Numbered from the stretch's first letter, positions 30,030 through 40,283 are shown. The stretch: 64,000 nucleotides of DNA from Alphaproteobacteria bacterium (GCA_965227515.1 CBDDFZ010000001.1:1888001-1952000); one strand, 5' to 3'. The notes: a model not told the origin generated them from the sequence alone. Translations and numbers: made by a program.

Positions 30030-30749
30030 TTATTCCGCGGCGGCCCCAATTGACATGGTGTTCGTCATGGGGGGATCGCTATCGCCGATTGATTTTTCGC
30101 CAACGAAAAGACCGACGAAATCGTGGATGGCGAAGACTCCATCGCCGTTCACGATGACCCCAGCCTTGCCCGGATGAAGGCTTGGCTGAGATATCGTCGC
30201 CATAAAGTTGCCGGCGATGTACAGCTCCATGCCGTTCTCGACTTCGGCGATGCTCAGGGTGGCGCGGCCGTCAGGGCTAACGATGTCGTTCCAGTTCTCC
30301 ATCGTCGTTCGGTCCCAGGTCGCCTCGACCTTCGGGTCGCCATCCCCGATTCTGACGATGCTGATGCCATAGCCGTCGCCAACTTGGTGCAACGCGAGAG
30401 TCCAAAGCGGACTGGAGTCGTCGTCGCAACAAAATAGACCGATGTAACTGGACGAGTCCGAAGCGATGAGTTGCAGGTCGACGTCAAAGCGGCGGTAGCG
30501 ATCACTCTGCGAGAAAGTGAGCGTCATGTTCTGCGTCGGCGCACCAGTGTGGGAAACCACATGTACGTCGTCGCCCCGATAGCCGAACCATCCTTCGGCA
30601 AAGCTGCCATTGGGTGTGTCGAGATCGCCCAGGACGGCGAATTCGGACTGTGCGAGCGCTGATCCCGAGACCAGCAGGCTGGAGGCAACCAAGCCAATCG
30701 CCCAGAATTGTGCAAATCGACCATGTTTCTGGAATACAAAGCGAAACAT
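30030..30749 (-). CDS. Secreted hypothetical protein, probably a beta-rich domain
   Basis: Signal peptide ending ALA-Q; beta-strand pattern; lower GC3 than neighbours. Confidence 0.65.
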   Translation of the reverse strand: MFRFVFQKHGRFAQFWAIGLVASSLLVSGSALAQSEFAVLGDLDTPNGSFAEGWFGYRGDDVHVVSHTGAPTQNMTLTFSQSDRYRRFDVDLQLIASDSSSYIGLFCCDDDSSPLWTLALHQVGDGYGISIVRIGDGDPKVEATWDRTTMENWNDIVSPDGRATLSIAEVENGMELYIAGNFMATISQPSLHPGKAGVIVNGDGVFAIHDFVGLFVGEKSIGDSDPPMTNTMSIGAAAE

Positions 30750-31119
30750 CAATAGTCCTCAGGCTGGTTCGTTTGACACCGCACTCCCCAACCCTATGAG
30801 CCGGCATTGCGGCGGTCAAGGGAGCTGGCCACTGGGGCCATGCCAAATATTACTGTTGCAACATGATCGCATGGATTTTTGCAGCATGACTGATCGATGG
30901 CCGGATCGGCGAGTCACTAGACTGCAATACAGTAGCAGCGTTGAGTTAGGCAGTTTTGCAATGGAATTGCACCATCGCGCGCTACTTGGCAATTTTTGGC
31001 TCAGTCTACCCGGCACGCCGGCTGCGCTTGCCAAGTAATAACGACTTTTGAGGATCTGGCGTTCGATGGTCCGTGGGGCTACTGGTAACTCTGCCGCGAT
31101 GTAGACTGGCGACTGTCCT

Positions 31120-31956
31120 TCACTTCCCGAACTTGCCGGCCTGGAAGTCCTCCACCGCCTGCATCAACTCGTTGCGGCTGTTCATCACGAACGGGCCGTA
31201 GCGCGCCACCGGCTCGGCAATCGGCTCGCCGTCGCAATAGAACATGGCGGCAGGTGCATCGCCCGCGGTGACCGTGATGTCGCCGGTGCCGTCGAACGCC
31301 ATCAGCGAGGGTGCGGTCGCCGTCACCGGATTGCCGGCCGCATCCGGAGCGGTGACCTCTCCCTCATAGACACAGAGGAAGGCGTTGTGGCCGGGCGCGG
31401 GCTCCAGGCGCACGGCGGTGTTCGGCTGCGCGTCCAGCATCAGCACCCGCATCGGCGTGCGCGGCTGCGCCGGGCCGGTGGCGTCGCCATACTGGCCGGC
31501 GATCACCTGGACACGGACGCCGCCATCCTCGACCACCGGGATGGTGTCGCGCTGAATGTCCTGGTAGCCGGGCGCCGTCATCTTCAGGGCCGCGGGCAGG
31601 TTCACCCAGAGCTGGAACCCGCGCATGCGGCCGTCGATCTGCTCCGGCATCTCCGAATGCACGATGCCGCGCCCGGCCGTCATCCACTGCACGTCGCCCG
31701 GCCCGATCACACCCTCGCCGCCGGTGGAGTCGCGGTGGCGCATGCGCCCGTCCAGCATCACGGTCACGGTTTCGAAGCCGCGGTGCGGATGGTCCGGGAA
31801 GCCGCCGATATAGGCCTTGGGGTCTTCGTTGTCGAAGCGGTCGAGCATCAGGAACGGGTCGATCATATCGACCTCGCGGGTGCCGACCATGCGGGTCAGG
31901 CGCACGCCCGCCCCGTCCGACGTCGCCATGCCGGCGACGATTTGCGCAACGTGCAT
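31120..31956 (-). CDS. Pirin family protein
   Basis: DPFLMLD, HPHRGFETVT, QWMTAGRGIVHSE, GPFVMN. Confidence 0.96.
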   Translation of the reverse strand: MHVAQIVAGMATSDGAGVRLTRMVGTREVDMIDPFLMLDRFDNEDPKAYIGGFPDHPHRGFETVTVMLDGRMRHRDSTGGEGVIGPGDVQWMTAGRGIVHSEMPEQIDGRMRGFQLWVNLPAALKMTAPGYQDIQRDTIPVVEDGGVRVQVIAGQYGDATGPAQPRTPMRVLMLDAQPNTAVRLEPAPGHNAFLCVYEGEVTAPDAAGNPVTATAPSLMAFDGTGDITVTAGDAPAAMFYCDGEPIAEPVARYGPFVMNSRNELMQAVEDFQAGKFGK

Positions 31957-32102
31957 TGCAGCGCTCCTACAGGCATTCAAGGGTGGGGGTCACGGCCGCA
32001 CACCCGGCCGTGACACATGGTTGGAGCTTGATGTAACGCCTGGGCGGCGGCGATCAACCGTGCCGGCGCGTAAGGTCGCCATGCGTGGGGCGCATGGGGT
32101 GG

Positions 32103-32696
32103 CTATTGCTGCCGCTCGTAGACGATTTCCATCATCATGTAGGGCTCGTCCATGCCGGGCACATCGACGTAGAAGCGCGCGACGTCGCGGTCCGGCGATT
32201 CCATGACGACCTCATAGGTCATCGGAACCGACTGGCCGGTCAGCGGGTCCAGGCTTTCGCCGACCAGGCGGATGACGCCGTCGTCATCCAAAGTGCCGTG
32301 CATCACCGTCAGGCTGGTGCTCATGCTGTCGGTCCAGGTCGCCCACAGCTCGCCGGTGACGTTGTCGAAACCGTTGCGCGCGATGCCTTCGTACGGCATG
32401 CCGAACATGCTCGACACCACCCGCTCTTCCATCACGCGGCCACCCAAGACCATGGTGCGTTCCGCGGTGCCGTGCTCGGTCTGCGATTCGCCGCCGGGGC
32501 CCATCGTCCATGTCGCCGACATGTCCCACATGCCTGTGCGGTCGGCCAGCATCTGGTGTACCGGGCCGACCTCCATGGCCGCCTGCCAGGCCGCCATCAT
32601 CTCTTCTTCCGACGGCATCTCCTGCGCTTGCGCGCCAAAACCCGTCGCCGCCACCAATACGACGCCCAGCGCCGTGGCCTTCACGCTCTTATGCAT
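32103..32696 (-). CDS. DUF1579 family secreted protein
   Basis: Signal peptide; GPVHQML..G.W, GFDN......TWTDSMST, MEIVYER. Confidence 0.8.
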   Translation of the reverse strand: MHKSVKATALGVVLVAATGFGAQAQEMPSEEEMMAAWQAAMEVGPVHQMLADRTGMWDMSATWTMGPGGESQTEHGTAERTMVLGGRVMEERVVSSMFGMPYEGIARNGFDNVTGELWATWTDSMSTSLTVMHGTLDDDGVIRLVGESLDPLTGQSVPMTYEVVMESPDRDVARFYVDVPGMDEPYMMMEIVYERQQ

Positions 32697-32731
32697 TCTC
32701 AAAATCCTCCCCGGACCAAAGTCGGCAATTA

Positions 32732-35275
32732 TCAGAAACGGCGCAGCAAGCGCTCGATGTAGTCCAGTTCCTCCAGCGGACGGAACGCCTCGCCGGCGCG
32801 GCGGCGCAGCTCTTCCAGAATCTCGCGGGCGCGCTTGATCTCGGCCTCGTCCGGCAGGTCGACGTCGCCGGTGTCGAGCCCGCGATCCTCGGGTGCGGCG
32901 CGGCCCAGCGGATCACGCTGCGCCGGGCGCGGGCCCTGGCCCGGCTGCATCGGCATCATGTTCTGGCCGAACCGCATCATGCCCTGCTGCGCCATCATCT
33001 CGGCCATCTGCTGCATGCCTTCCTGCAGCTGGTCCAGCGCTTCTTGCTGGTAGCCCATGGCCTCGCCCGGCATGTCGAGGTCGAGCTCGATCTCGGCATC
33101 GCGCATCGCGCGCTCGGCCATGCCCAGATTGTCCGGAATCTCGCCGAAGGTGTCGCCGAACTCGCGCATCAACTCGCCCAGATCGCGACGCAGGTCGCCC
33201 TGGTCCTCGCCCAGCTCGCCGGGCTCGCGCGGCGGGGCCATACCCTCCGGATCTTCCGGGTCCAGGGGCATCGGGCGCACGCCGGGCAGGTGCTGGCTGG
33301 AACGATAGGTCTCGTCGAGCAGTTGCTGCTGCTCCTGAACCAGATCGTTCAGACTGTTCATCATCTCCATCTGTTCGGAGAACTGCTCGGGCATGGAGAA
33401 CGGCGCCGGCTGCATGTTCTCCATCATCTCCTGGAGCTGCGACAGCAGGTCCTGCGCCTGTTCGGTGGCGCCGCTTTCGCTCAATTCGCGAAGCTGCTCC
33501 AGCATTTCCATCAGTTCCTGGCTGGAGAACACGTCGTCCGGATTCTCCGGCATCATCAACTGAAGCTGCTCGTACTGCTCCGGCGTCATCAGCGGCATGT
33601 TCTCCGCCAATTCCTGCAGGTATTCCTGCATCGCCTCGCGCAGTTCCTCGATCAGCTCCTGGATCTCCTCTTCCGAGGCGCCGTTCTGCAGCGCTTCGGA
33701 GAGTTGCTGCTGCAGGTCGCGCAGCTCCTGCTCGGCCAGCGCCAGCCCGCCGTCCTCCAGGAACCGCGCGGTGTCCCACAACAGCTTCTGGGTGCTCTCG
33801 ATCACCGAGCCATCGGGATCGAACTCGGCCAGGTCCATCGGCCCGCCCGGCTCCATCCGGTCCCACGATAGGCGGGACCGCGCCATCTTCAGCGCCATGT
33901 AGACGGTGTAGTCGCCGGCGTACTCGTCGGTCTGCTCGGCGATGGCGTCCAGGTTCTCGGCCACCAGCATGCGCTCTTCCGGTGCGATCACCAGGATCTT
34001 GCGCTGCTCGATGATCGCGCGGGCCACCGGATGGGTGAATTCGCGCTCCGGCAGCACCATGGAGACGATCTCTGAATAGCCGGTGTTGCCCAGCGCATCG
34101 GTGGCATAGAGGCGCAACTGAACCGGCACGCCGGCCCAGACGTGGGAGGTCAGGTCGTGATAGCGGGTGGTCTCGATTTCGTCGGGCGCGCGCGAGGGCA
34201 GCGGGATCGGCAGGTCGATGCGCTCGGCCATCTCGGCCGGCAGGTCGAGGTTCTCGGCGTCGAGCGCGATCTGCAACCCGAACGCGACCAGGCCGTAGTC
34301 GTCGGTGGCCTGGGCCATGACCTTGAGCGCGTGGCGCTCGGTCTCGTCCGGCGCCTCGGCGAAGGTGACGGTGGGCGCCTGGTCGACCAGTGCCTCGATA
34401 TCCCATGTCGCCAGGGTCTCGGCGCCGTTGGACACCGTCAGGGTGCCTGATTCGGTCAGGGTGAATTCGGCCTTGTAGCTCGACTCGCCGATACGCTCGA
34501 ACGCGGCGCCGCCATCGCCGAACGATGCGGTCGGCGGAATGGTCACGCCATGCACCTGGGCCAGCACCTGGCTGTCCATCGGCGCGGAAATCGCGTCGGC
34601 ATCGGCGCTGTCGAAGTAGATCGGCGCCAGACGCGTGTACTGCGGCGGCGAGATCCAGATGTCGACCCGCAGCGGGACGGTGTTGACCTCCTCCACCACG
34701 GTGGGGGTCACGGCACGGGCGAACCGGTCGTTGGCGGTGGTGCCGCCGACCAGCACGGCGACGGCCAGCAGCAGCACGACGACGGCGCGCACGGCATACG
34801 GATCGCGGCGCGGGATGTCGGGCTTGGGCAGCGGCGTGCGCAGCTTGCCGAGGGCGGCCGCCGCACGGCGCCAGTGGTGCATCCACAAGGTGCGGCTGGC
34901 GACGCTGTCGCCGCCCAGTGCCGGCACGTCCTGCAAGGTGGTCAACGGGCGGTGCAGCGCCCCGCTCGCGGTCTCGAGCCGCCGCTTCGCCTCGTCGCGG
35001 CTTGGCCAGCGGAAGCGGCGCACGGCAAAGACAAGGCTCGCGGCCAGCGCGATGCCGAACACGATCAGGATCGCCACATGCAGCCAGTAGGGCAGCGAGG
35101 GCAGCACGTCCGCCAGCGCCAAAGCGGCGAACAAGCCGACCACCAGGGCGGCCGGCAGTATGGCGGGCCACAGCCGCTCCCACACCATCGACCATCTGGT
35201 CAGCGCGATGCGTGCGCGGACCCGCCATGGCGGGCGCTGGGTGTTGGCCAGTGCGATGACCGTGTGATCCTTCAT
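32732..35275 (-). CDS. TIGR02302/DUF4175 family membrane-anchored coiled-coil protein
   Basis: WERLWP, DDYG, LPEREFTHPVARAIIEQR, RDPLGR, ELDYIERLL; downstream of lysA. Confidence 0.9.
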   Translation of the reverse strand: MKDHTVIALANTQRPPWRVRARIALTRWSMVWERLWPAILPAALVVGLFAALALADVLPSLPYWLHVAILIVFGIALAASLVFAVRRFRWPSRDEAKRRLETASGALHRPLTTLQDVPALGGDSVASRTLWMHHWRRAAAALGKLRTPLPKPDIPRRDPYAVRAVVVLLLAVAVLVGGTTANDRFARAVTPTVVEEVNTVPLRVDIWISPPQYTRLAPIYFDSADADAISAPMDSQVLAQVHGVTIPPTASFGDGGAAFERIGESSYKAEFTLTESGTLTVSNGAETLATWDIEALVDQAPTVTFAEAPDETERHALKVMAQATDDYGLVAFGLQIALDAENLDLPAEMAERIDLPIPLPSRAPDEIETTRYHDLTSHVWAGVPVQLRLYATDALGNTGYSEIVSMVLPEREFTHPVARAIIEQRKILVIAPEERMLVAENLDAIAEQTDEYAGDYTVYMALKMARSRLSWDRMEPGGPMDLAEFDPDGSVIESTQKLLWDTARFLEDGGLALAEQELRDLQQQLSEALQNGASEEEIQELIEELREAMQEYLQELAENMPLMTPEQYEQLQLMMPENPDDVFSSQELMEMLEQLRELSESGATEQAQDLLSQLQEMMENMQPAPFSMPEQFSEQMEMMNSLNDLVQEQQQLLDETYRSSQHLPGVRPMPLDPEDPEGMAPPREPGELGEDQGDLRRDLGELMREFGDTFGEIPDNLGMAERAMRDAEIELDLDMPGEAMGYQQEALDQLQEGMQQMAEMMAQQGMMRFGQNMMPMQPGQGPRPAQRDPLGRAAPEDRGLDTGDVDLPDEAEIKRAREILEELRRRAGEAFRPLEELDYIERLLRRF

Positions 35276-36609
35276 CCGGTCGCTCCGTGGCGATTTGGTT
35301 GATCCATCAGATTGGGCGCATCATGAGCGGAATCCAGCCATGACGGTACACACTCTTGCGCGATCAGGTCCTCGATCGTCTGGCGCGGCCGCACGACCGC
35401 GAAGTCGTCGCCGCTGACCAGCGCTTCGGCGGCCAGCGGGCGCGCGTTGTAGGTCGAGCTCATCACCGCGCCATAGGCACCGGCATCGCGGAACGCCACC
35501 AGGTCGCCGGCATCGAGCGGCGGCAGCGGCCTGTTCCGGGCGAAGGTGTCGCCGGACTCGCAGACCGGGCCGACCACGTCGACCGGCGCCAATGTCTCGT
35601 CGTTGGCGGCGGCGCGCACCGGCATGATCTCGTGGTGGGCATCGTAGAGCGACGGGCGCAGCAGGTCGTTCATCGCCGCGTCGAGCACGATGAACCGCCG
35701 CGCGGTGCCGGCCTTGTTGTAGATCACCCGGGCCAGCAGCACCCCGGCAGGGCCGACCAGCCAGCGCCCCGGCTCGATGGTGAGCTGGCAGCCGAGGCCG
35801 CCGACCGTATCCGCAATCGCGGCCGCATAGGCGTCGAGGTCCAGGCCCGCAGCGCCTTCGTCCGCCGTGTAGTCGATGCCGAACCCGCCGCCGAGGTCGA
35901 GATGGTCGATGGCATGGCCCTGGTCGCGCAGGGCTGTCGTCAGCGCGGCGACGCGGCGGAATGCCTCGACAAACGGCGCCACCGAGGCGATCTGCGAGCC
36001 GATATGGACCGCGAGCCCGGTCAGCTCGACGCCCGCGAGCGTGCGGGCATGCGCGAACAGGCCCGGCACTGCATCCACGTCGATGCCGAACTTGTTCTCC
36101 GCCTTGCCGGTGGTGATCTTGGCGTGGGTCTTGGCATCGACGTCGGGATTGACCCGCAGGGCGGCGGTCACCGTGGCGCCCTTGGCGGACGCGACCGCGT
36201 TCAGCACGTCCAGCTCAGGCACCGATTCCACGTTGAACTGGGCGATGCCGGCGTCGATGGCCTGTGCCATCTCGTCGGCGGTCTTGCCGACGCCGGAGAA
36301 CACGATCCGATCGGGCGATACGCCGGCCGCCAGCGCGCGCACGATCTCGCCCGCCGACACCACGTCGGCGCCGGCGCCGGCCCGGGCCAGCGTCGCGATC
36401 ACCGCCTGGTTGCCGTTGGCCTTGGTCGCATAACAGATCGACAGCGGCAGGGCGGCGCACGCCGTGGCCAGCCGCCGGTAGCGGGCCACCATGGCATCGC
36501 CATTGTAGACGTAGGTCGGCGTGCCGACGGCCTGGGCGATACGGTCCAGCGGCACCTGCCCGGCGCACAATACCCCGTTGCGATACGCGAATGCGGTCGT
36601 GTCGCTCAT
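35272..36609 (-). CDS. lysA: Diaminopimelate decarboxylase
   Basis: YATKAN PLP lysine, HIGSQI, DLGGG, EPGR, GPVCESGD, GAYG. Confidence 0.97.
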   Translation of the reverse strand: MSDTTAFAYRNGVLCAGQVPLDRIAQAVGTPTYVYNGDAMVARYRRLATACAALPLSICYATKANGNQAVIATLARAGAGADVVSAGEIVRALAAGVSPDRIVFSGVGKTADEMAQAIDAGIAQFNVESVPELDVLNAVASAKGATVTAALRVNPDVDAKTHAKITTGKAENKFGIDVDAVPGLFAHARTLAGVELTGLAVHIGSQIASVAPFVEAFRRVAALTTALRDQGHAIDHLDLGGGFGIDYTADEGAAGLDLDAYAAAIADTVGGLGCQLTIEPGRWLVGPAGVLLARVIYNKAGTARRFIVLDAAMNDLLRPSLYDAHHEIMPVRAAANDETLAPVDVVGPVCESGDTFARNRPLPPLDAGDLVAFRDAGAYGAVMSSTYNARPLAAEALVSGDDFAVVRPRQTIEDLIAQECVPSWLDSAHDAPNLMDQPNRHGATG

Positions 36610-36616
36610 GCCCCGG

Positions 36617-36754
36617 TCAGGCTCCGGTCGGGTATGTGCGGGGATAGGTCAGGTCTTCGTCCTCCGGCGGAATAGGATCGCCTCGCTTGCCGCAAGCGGC
36701 CAAGTTTGCCGCCACAACAACCAGCAGCAATACGGCGAAAATGCGCATGTCCAT
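36617..36754 (-). CDS. Small lipoprotein, LptM/YifL-like (absent from the ORF track)
   Basis: Manual translation MDMRIFAVLLLVVVAANLAACGKRGDPIPPEDEDLTYPRTYPTGA; lipobox LAAC-GKRG; directly upstream of lysA. Confidence 0.85.
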   Translation of the reverse strand: MDMRIFAVLLLVVVAANLAACGKRGDPIPPEDEDLTYPRTYPTGA

Positions 36755-36872
36755 GCTCCGGGCAAATTTCATCTGGCCGGATGCATGGCTTGTGCCTACG
36801 CCGGCGCCCGGCAGTATAGCATCATCCGCCGCGCCGTGCGTCGGGCGCGGCGACTGAGAAGTTCACGGATCC

Positions 36873-37394
36873 ATGACCCTGCAAATCGATGAATTGCCTA
36901 TTGCTGAAATGACGGCCGCTCACCTGGGGCCGGTGCTCGACCTGAACAACCGCCACCGGGTGGAGACCTCTCTGCTCGACCTGGCATCGCTGGAGGTCTT
37001 GGCGGCGGAGGCGTTCGTTGCCGCGGTGGCACCGGACAAGGCGGGCGGTATTGCTGCGTTCCTGATCGCGTTCGACCGGGCGGCGGACTACGACAGCGCC
37101 AACTTCCTCTGGTTCAAGGGCCGCTACGACCGGTTCTGCTATGTCGACCGGATCGTTGTCGATCCCGCCGCGCGAGGGCGGGGCCTGGCACGGGCGCTCT
37201 ACGACCGCCTGTTTGAGCGGGCGCGCGGTGCCGGCCATGCCGTTGTGGGCTGCGAGGTGAACACGCGGCCGGCCAACCCGGGGTCACAGGCGTTCCATAC
37301 CCGCATGGGCTTCCGCCCCGTCGGCACGGCCGAGCTGCCGGAGCGCGGCAAGGCGGTTGAGTATCTGGTGAAGGACTTGGTGTCGCCCGCGTGA
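36873..37394 (+). CDS. GNAT family acetyltransferase
   Basis: YDSANFLWF, YVDRIVV, RGRGLARALY, CEVN..P.N..S..FH. Confidence 0.9.
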   Translation: MTLQIDELPIAEMTAAHLGPVLDLNNRHRVETSLLDLASLEVLAAEAFVAAVAPDKAGGIAAFLIAFDRAADYDSANFLWFKGRYDRFCYVDRIVVDPAARGRGLARALYDRLFERARGAGHAVVGCEVNTRPANPGSQAFHTRMGFRPVGTAELPERGKAVEYLVKDLVSPA

Positions 37395-37397
37395 CGC

Positions 37398-37823
37398 CTA
37401 CTCGGCATCGGGAAAGCGCTGGCGCATGTCGGCCACGGATTGGACCAGGATGTCCTCCAGGATCGCGGTGTCGATGTCGGCCAGTCGCTTGACGTAGATG
37501 CAGCCGCGCCCGTGGGTGCACTTGCCGAGCCGGTCGCGCAACGCCTCGAACCCATCGAACCAGGGCGACAGGTGGATCGAGATCGCCTGCTTGCGGTTGG
37601 CGAGGCCGACCAGGAACCAGTCGCCCTCCGAGCCGCCGCCGGTGCGGTAGTGATAGCGGCCGAAGCCGATGGTGCCGTTGCTCCACAGCTTGGGCGCGGC
37701 GCCGGTGACCCGCTGCATCAGGTCGGCCAGTGCCCGGCAATCGGCGCGCCGGGTGTCGTCGTCTATCGCGGCGATGTGCGCGGCGACATCGTCGTCGGTC
37801 TCGGCGGTCTTGATGGTGGCCAT
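37398..37823 (-). CDS. DUF1801 domain protein
   Basis: IGFGRYHY, RLGKCTHGRGCIYVKRLADID. Confidence 0.88.
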   Translation of the reverse strand: MATIKTAETDDDVAAHIAAIDDDTRRADCRALADLMQRVTGAAPKLWSNGTIGFGRYHYRTGGGSEGDWFLVGLANRKQAISIHLSPWFDGFEALRDRLGKCTHGRGCIYVKRLADIDTAILEDILVQSVADMRQRFPDAE

Positions 37824-37833
37824 GCCACCGATG

Positions 37834-38736
37834 CTACTGCACCGGTGCCGCTGGTGTCAGCGAATAGAAGCGCATCGGCGGGGTCTCGATCGGCACGCCG
37901 GCCGGCGAGACGGCGCCCTGCCGGCCCACTGGCGCCGGCATGTTGGCGGCAGGCTGGCCGTAGGGTCGAACCGGCGCGCTGCCCTGGAGCGCGGTCAGCC
38001 CGCCGAACAGCGGCGAGGGGGCGATCTGCGGGCGCGGCTCGACCGGGGCCACCGGTGCGGCCATCGCCATCGACGCTGTCCCGTCGGCGCCCCCGCCATA
38101 ATTGCCGTTCCAGGCCTCCATCACCTTGGTGCGGTAGTAGGCCTGCCGGTGCGGCGTCGACGAATGATAAAATCCGACCGCGACGTTCCAGGTGCCGTGG
38201 GTCGCGGCCAGCTCGGCCAGGTAGCGCGCGGCATAGTCGGCATTGGTCTCGGGGTCGAAACCCTCGGCCAGCGACGCGAACGCATTCGGGTGCCATTTCA
38301 GGTTGATCTGCATGCAGCCGATATCGATGCTTTCCATGCCCGAGGCCTGGAACGACTGCACCTGGGCGATCGCCTCGGCGGCGTTGTTGAAATGCATGCC
38401 GGTGCCCTCGGCATTGATGGCATAGGGCCAGGCAACAATTGCCGACCCGTCCGCGTTGCCGCGGCCGGTCTCCACCTTCGAGATCGCGGCCAGCAATCCG
38501 GTGGGAATGCCGTGGCGAATCTCCGCCCGCGCGGCGGCTGCCTCGCACACGCCTTCGATCGGCCCGGACCCGTCGAAACCCAGGTCTTCCGCGGGCGCCA
38601 GTGACACCGCGACATATCCAGCGATGCCGCCGGCGGCGGCGCTGGCCGGGGGAGACGTGGTATCCGCCGCTGCCGTCGCAACGCTGGCGGCAAGGGCGGT
38701 CAGTACCGACAGGCACCGGATGGGGGACGTGATCAT
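37834..38736 (-). CDS. Lytic transglycosylase (SLT domain, PleA/SltF-like)
   Basis: LLAAISKVETGR, WPYAIN, SIDIGCMQINLKWH, AVGFYHS; start uncertain. Confidence 0.88.
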   Translation of the reverse strand: MITSPIRCLSVLTALAASVATAAADTTSPPASAAAGGIAGYVAVSLAPAEDLGFDGSGPIEGVCEAAAARAEIRHGIPTGLLAAISKVETGRGNADGSAIVAWPYAINAEGTGMHFNNAAEAIAQVQSFQASGMESIDIGCMQINLKWHPNAFASLAEGFDPETNADYAARYLAELAATHGTWNVAVGFYHSSTPHRQAYYRTKVMEAWNGNYGGGADGTASMAMAAPVAPVEPRPQIAPSPLFGGLTALQGSAPVRPYGQPAANMPAPVGRQGAVSPAGVPIETPPMRFYSLTPAAPVQ

Positions 38737-39021
38737 GCCCGGCATGGTGCAAGGGCTGGGCCAGATCGCAGGCGCGCGCCAATCGCATTGTCCCAGGCCA
38801 AAGGCGTTGTCCCGGAACGGCACGATGCGTGCATGGACTCCGGCATCGTTCCATGGCGAAACACCGCCCGATGACTGCGCCGTGCCGGCCCGGCTTGTGG
38901 TATTAATGCCACAAGCGGTCCGATCACGATTGTGCGACGCAATATGTTTCTGGCGCGGATCACATTGGAATGCGAAAAAACCCTGCAATTTCAATAGATT
39001 GAAAATTTTACAATTTTCGCC

Positions 39022-39055
39022 TTGCACCATGGCGCATCTGAAATCATATTGTGCA
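39022..39055 (+). promoter_or_regulatory. Sigma70-type promoter of the sRNA
   Basis: TTGCAC-N17-CATATT overlapping the TTGTGCA heptamer (39049-39055). Confidence 0.65.
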
Positions 39056-39056
39056 T

Positions 39057-39156
39057 TGCGGCATGGCCGGCGCTGCCGGATGCCCAACCTGCCGCGATCT
39101 TCCTTTTGGGCGTTTCCTCCCTAAACTCGGGCCGCTTCATGCGGCCCCTTTTTTTT
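39057..39156 (+). ncRNA. mmgR: MmgR / suhB (alpha-r8) family small RNA
   Basis: TTGGGCGTTTCCTCCCTAAACT core followed by a terminator; convergent with N-formylglutamate amidohydrolase gene; 5' end approximate. Confidence 0.8.
39129..39156 (+). terminator. Rho-independent terminator
   Basis: GGGCCGC-TTCAT-GCGGCCC-C-T8. Confidence 0.9.
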
Positions 39157-39259
39157 GTGCATTTCTCGGCTGCCGAATAGGCATCGCCAGCGCTCCGGAC
39201 GGCGCCTTCACATTAAACGTTGGTCATGCAGCGGGGCGCCGGTAGACGCCTTGGTTCGC

Positions 39260-39370
39260 GATCAGCTTAGGCTGAATTTGCACCGGCCCTCGCCCCCACC
39301 CGGCCACCCCGCAGGACACTATCGTGGGTGGCCGGGTGGGGGTGAGGGCCGGTGCCGACTGAATCGATCA
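39260..39370. repeat. Palindromic repeat family B, copy 2
   Basis: GATCAGCTTAGGCTGAA...CCCCCACCCGGCCACCC-loop-GGGTGGCCGGGTGGGGG...GATCA. Confidence 0.85.
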
Positions 39371-39374
39371 AGCC

Positions 39375-40283
39375 CTAGTTTCGCGCTAGCAGATCGCGGC
39401 GGCTGCGCAGCAGGGTCTCGCCCAGGCGCTCCATGAAACGGGTCATGGCACGGTGGTGAGTCTTCAGGCTGCGGTTCGGCTGGATGCGCGCCTCGTCCAT
39501 ATAGATCGCACGATTCAGTTCCAGTTGCAGGGTATGCACGCCGCTGCCCGGATTGCCGTAGTGGCGCGTGGTGTAGCCGCCGGCATAGGGCACGTTGCGC
39601 ACCACCCGATAGCCGAGCTGGGTGAACGCGGTCTCGGCCTCGTTGACCACCACGCTGGCACACGAGGTGCCGTGCAGGTCGCCGAGCACGATGTCCACTG
39701 CTCCATTGCCACGACCGATGCGCCGCGCCGGCGCCATGCTGTTGGACGGCATGGAGTGGCAGTCCAGCAGTACGCAGAAGCCGAAGCGGTCGACGGTCTG
39801 GTCGACCAGCCGGCGGAGTGCCGCGTGATACGGGCGATAGAAGGTCTCGATCCGGCTCACCGCCTCGGTGAACTGGAGGCGCCCGCGATAGATCTGTTGT
39901 CCGTTGGCCACGGTCCGCGCGATGGTGCCGAGCCCGGCCGCGACCCTGGGCGAACGTGCGTTGACGTACACCGGCAGCTCGTCCTCGAACATCTCCGGGT
40001 CGAGTTCGAACGGCTCGCGATTGGCATCGACATAGGCGCGGGCGAACAGCGCATGCACCAGCGGTGCGCCCAGGCTGGGTGCCGCCGCGAAAAGCTCGTC
40101 GACGAAACTGTCCTCCGACCGGCGCAGGTTCAGCGAGTCCAGGCGCGACGACGCCAGGAAATCCGCCGGATACCACTGTCCGCTGTGCGGCGACGCCAGC
40201 ACCATCGGCAGGGTCTGTCGCGCGGGTGACAACACCTCGAACGGGGCCGGGGGAGCAGACAGGTCGGATCGCGCAATATTCAT
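39375..40283 (-). CDS. N-formylglutamate amidohydrolase
   Basis: ASPHSG, RAYVDANR, LDCHSMPS, RNVPYAGG, QLELNR. Confidence 0.93.
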   Translation of the reverse strand: MNIARSDLSAPPAPFEVLSPARQTLPMVLASPHSGQWYPADFLASSRLDSLNLRRSEDSFVDELFAAAPSLGAPLVHALFARAYVDANREPFELDPEMFEDELPVYVNARSPRVAAGLGTIARTVANGQQIYRGRLQFTEAVSRIETFYRPYHAALRRLVDQTVDRFGFCVLLDCHSMPSNSMAPARRIGRGNGAVDIVLGDLHGTSCASVVVNEAETAFTQLGYRVVRNVPYAGGYTTRHYGNPGSGVHTLQLELNRAIYMDEARIQPNRSLKTHHRAMTRFMERLGETLLRSRRDLLARN

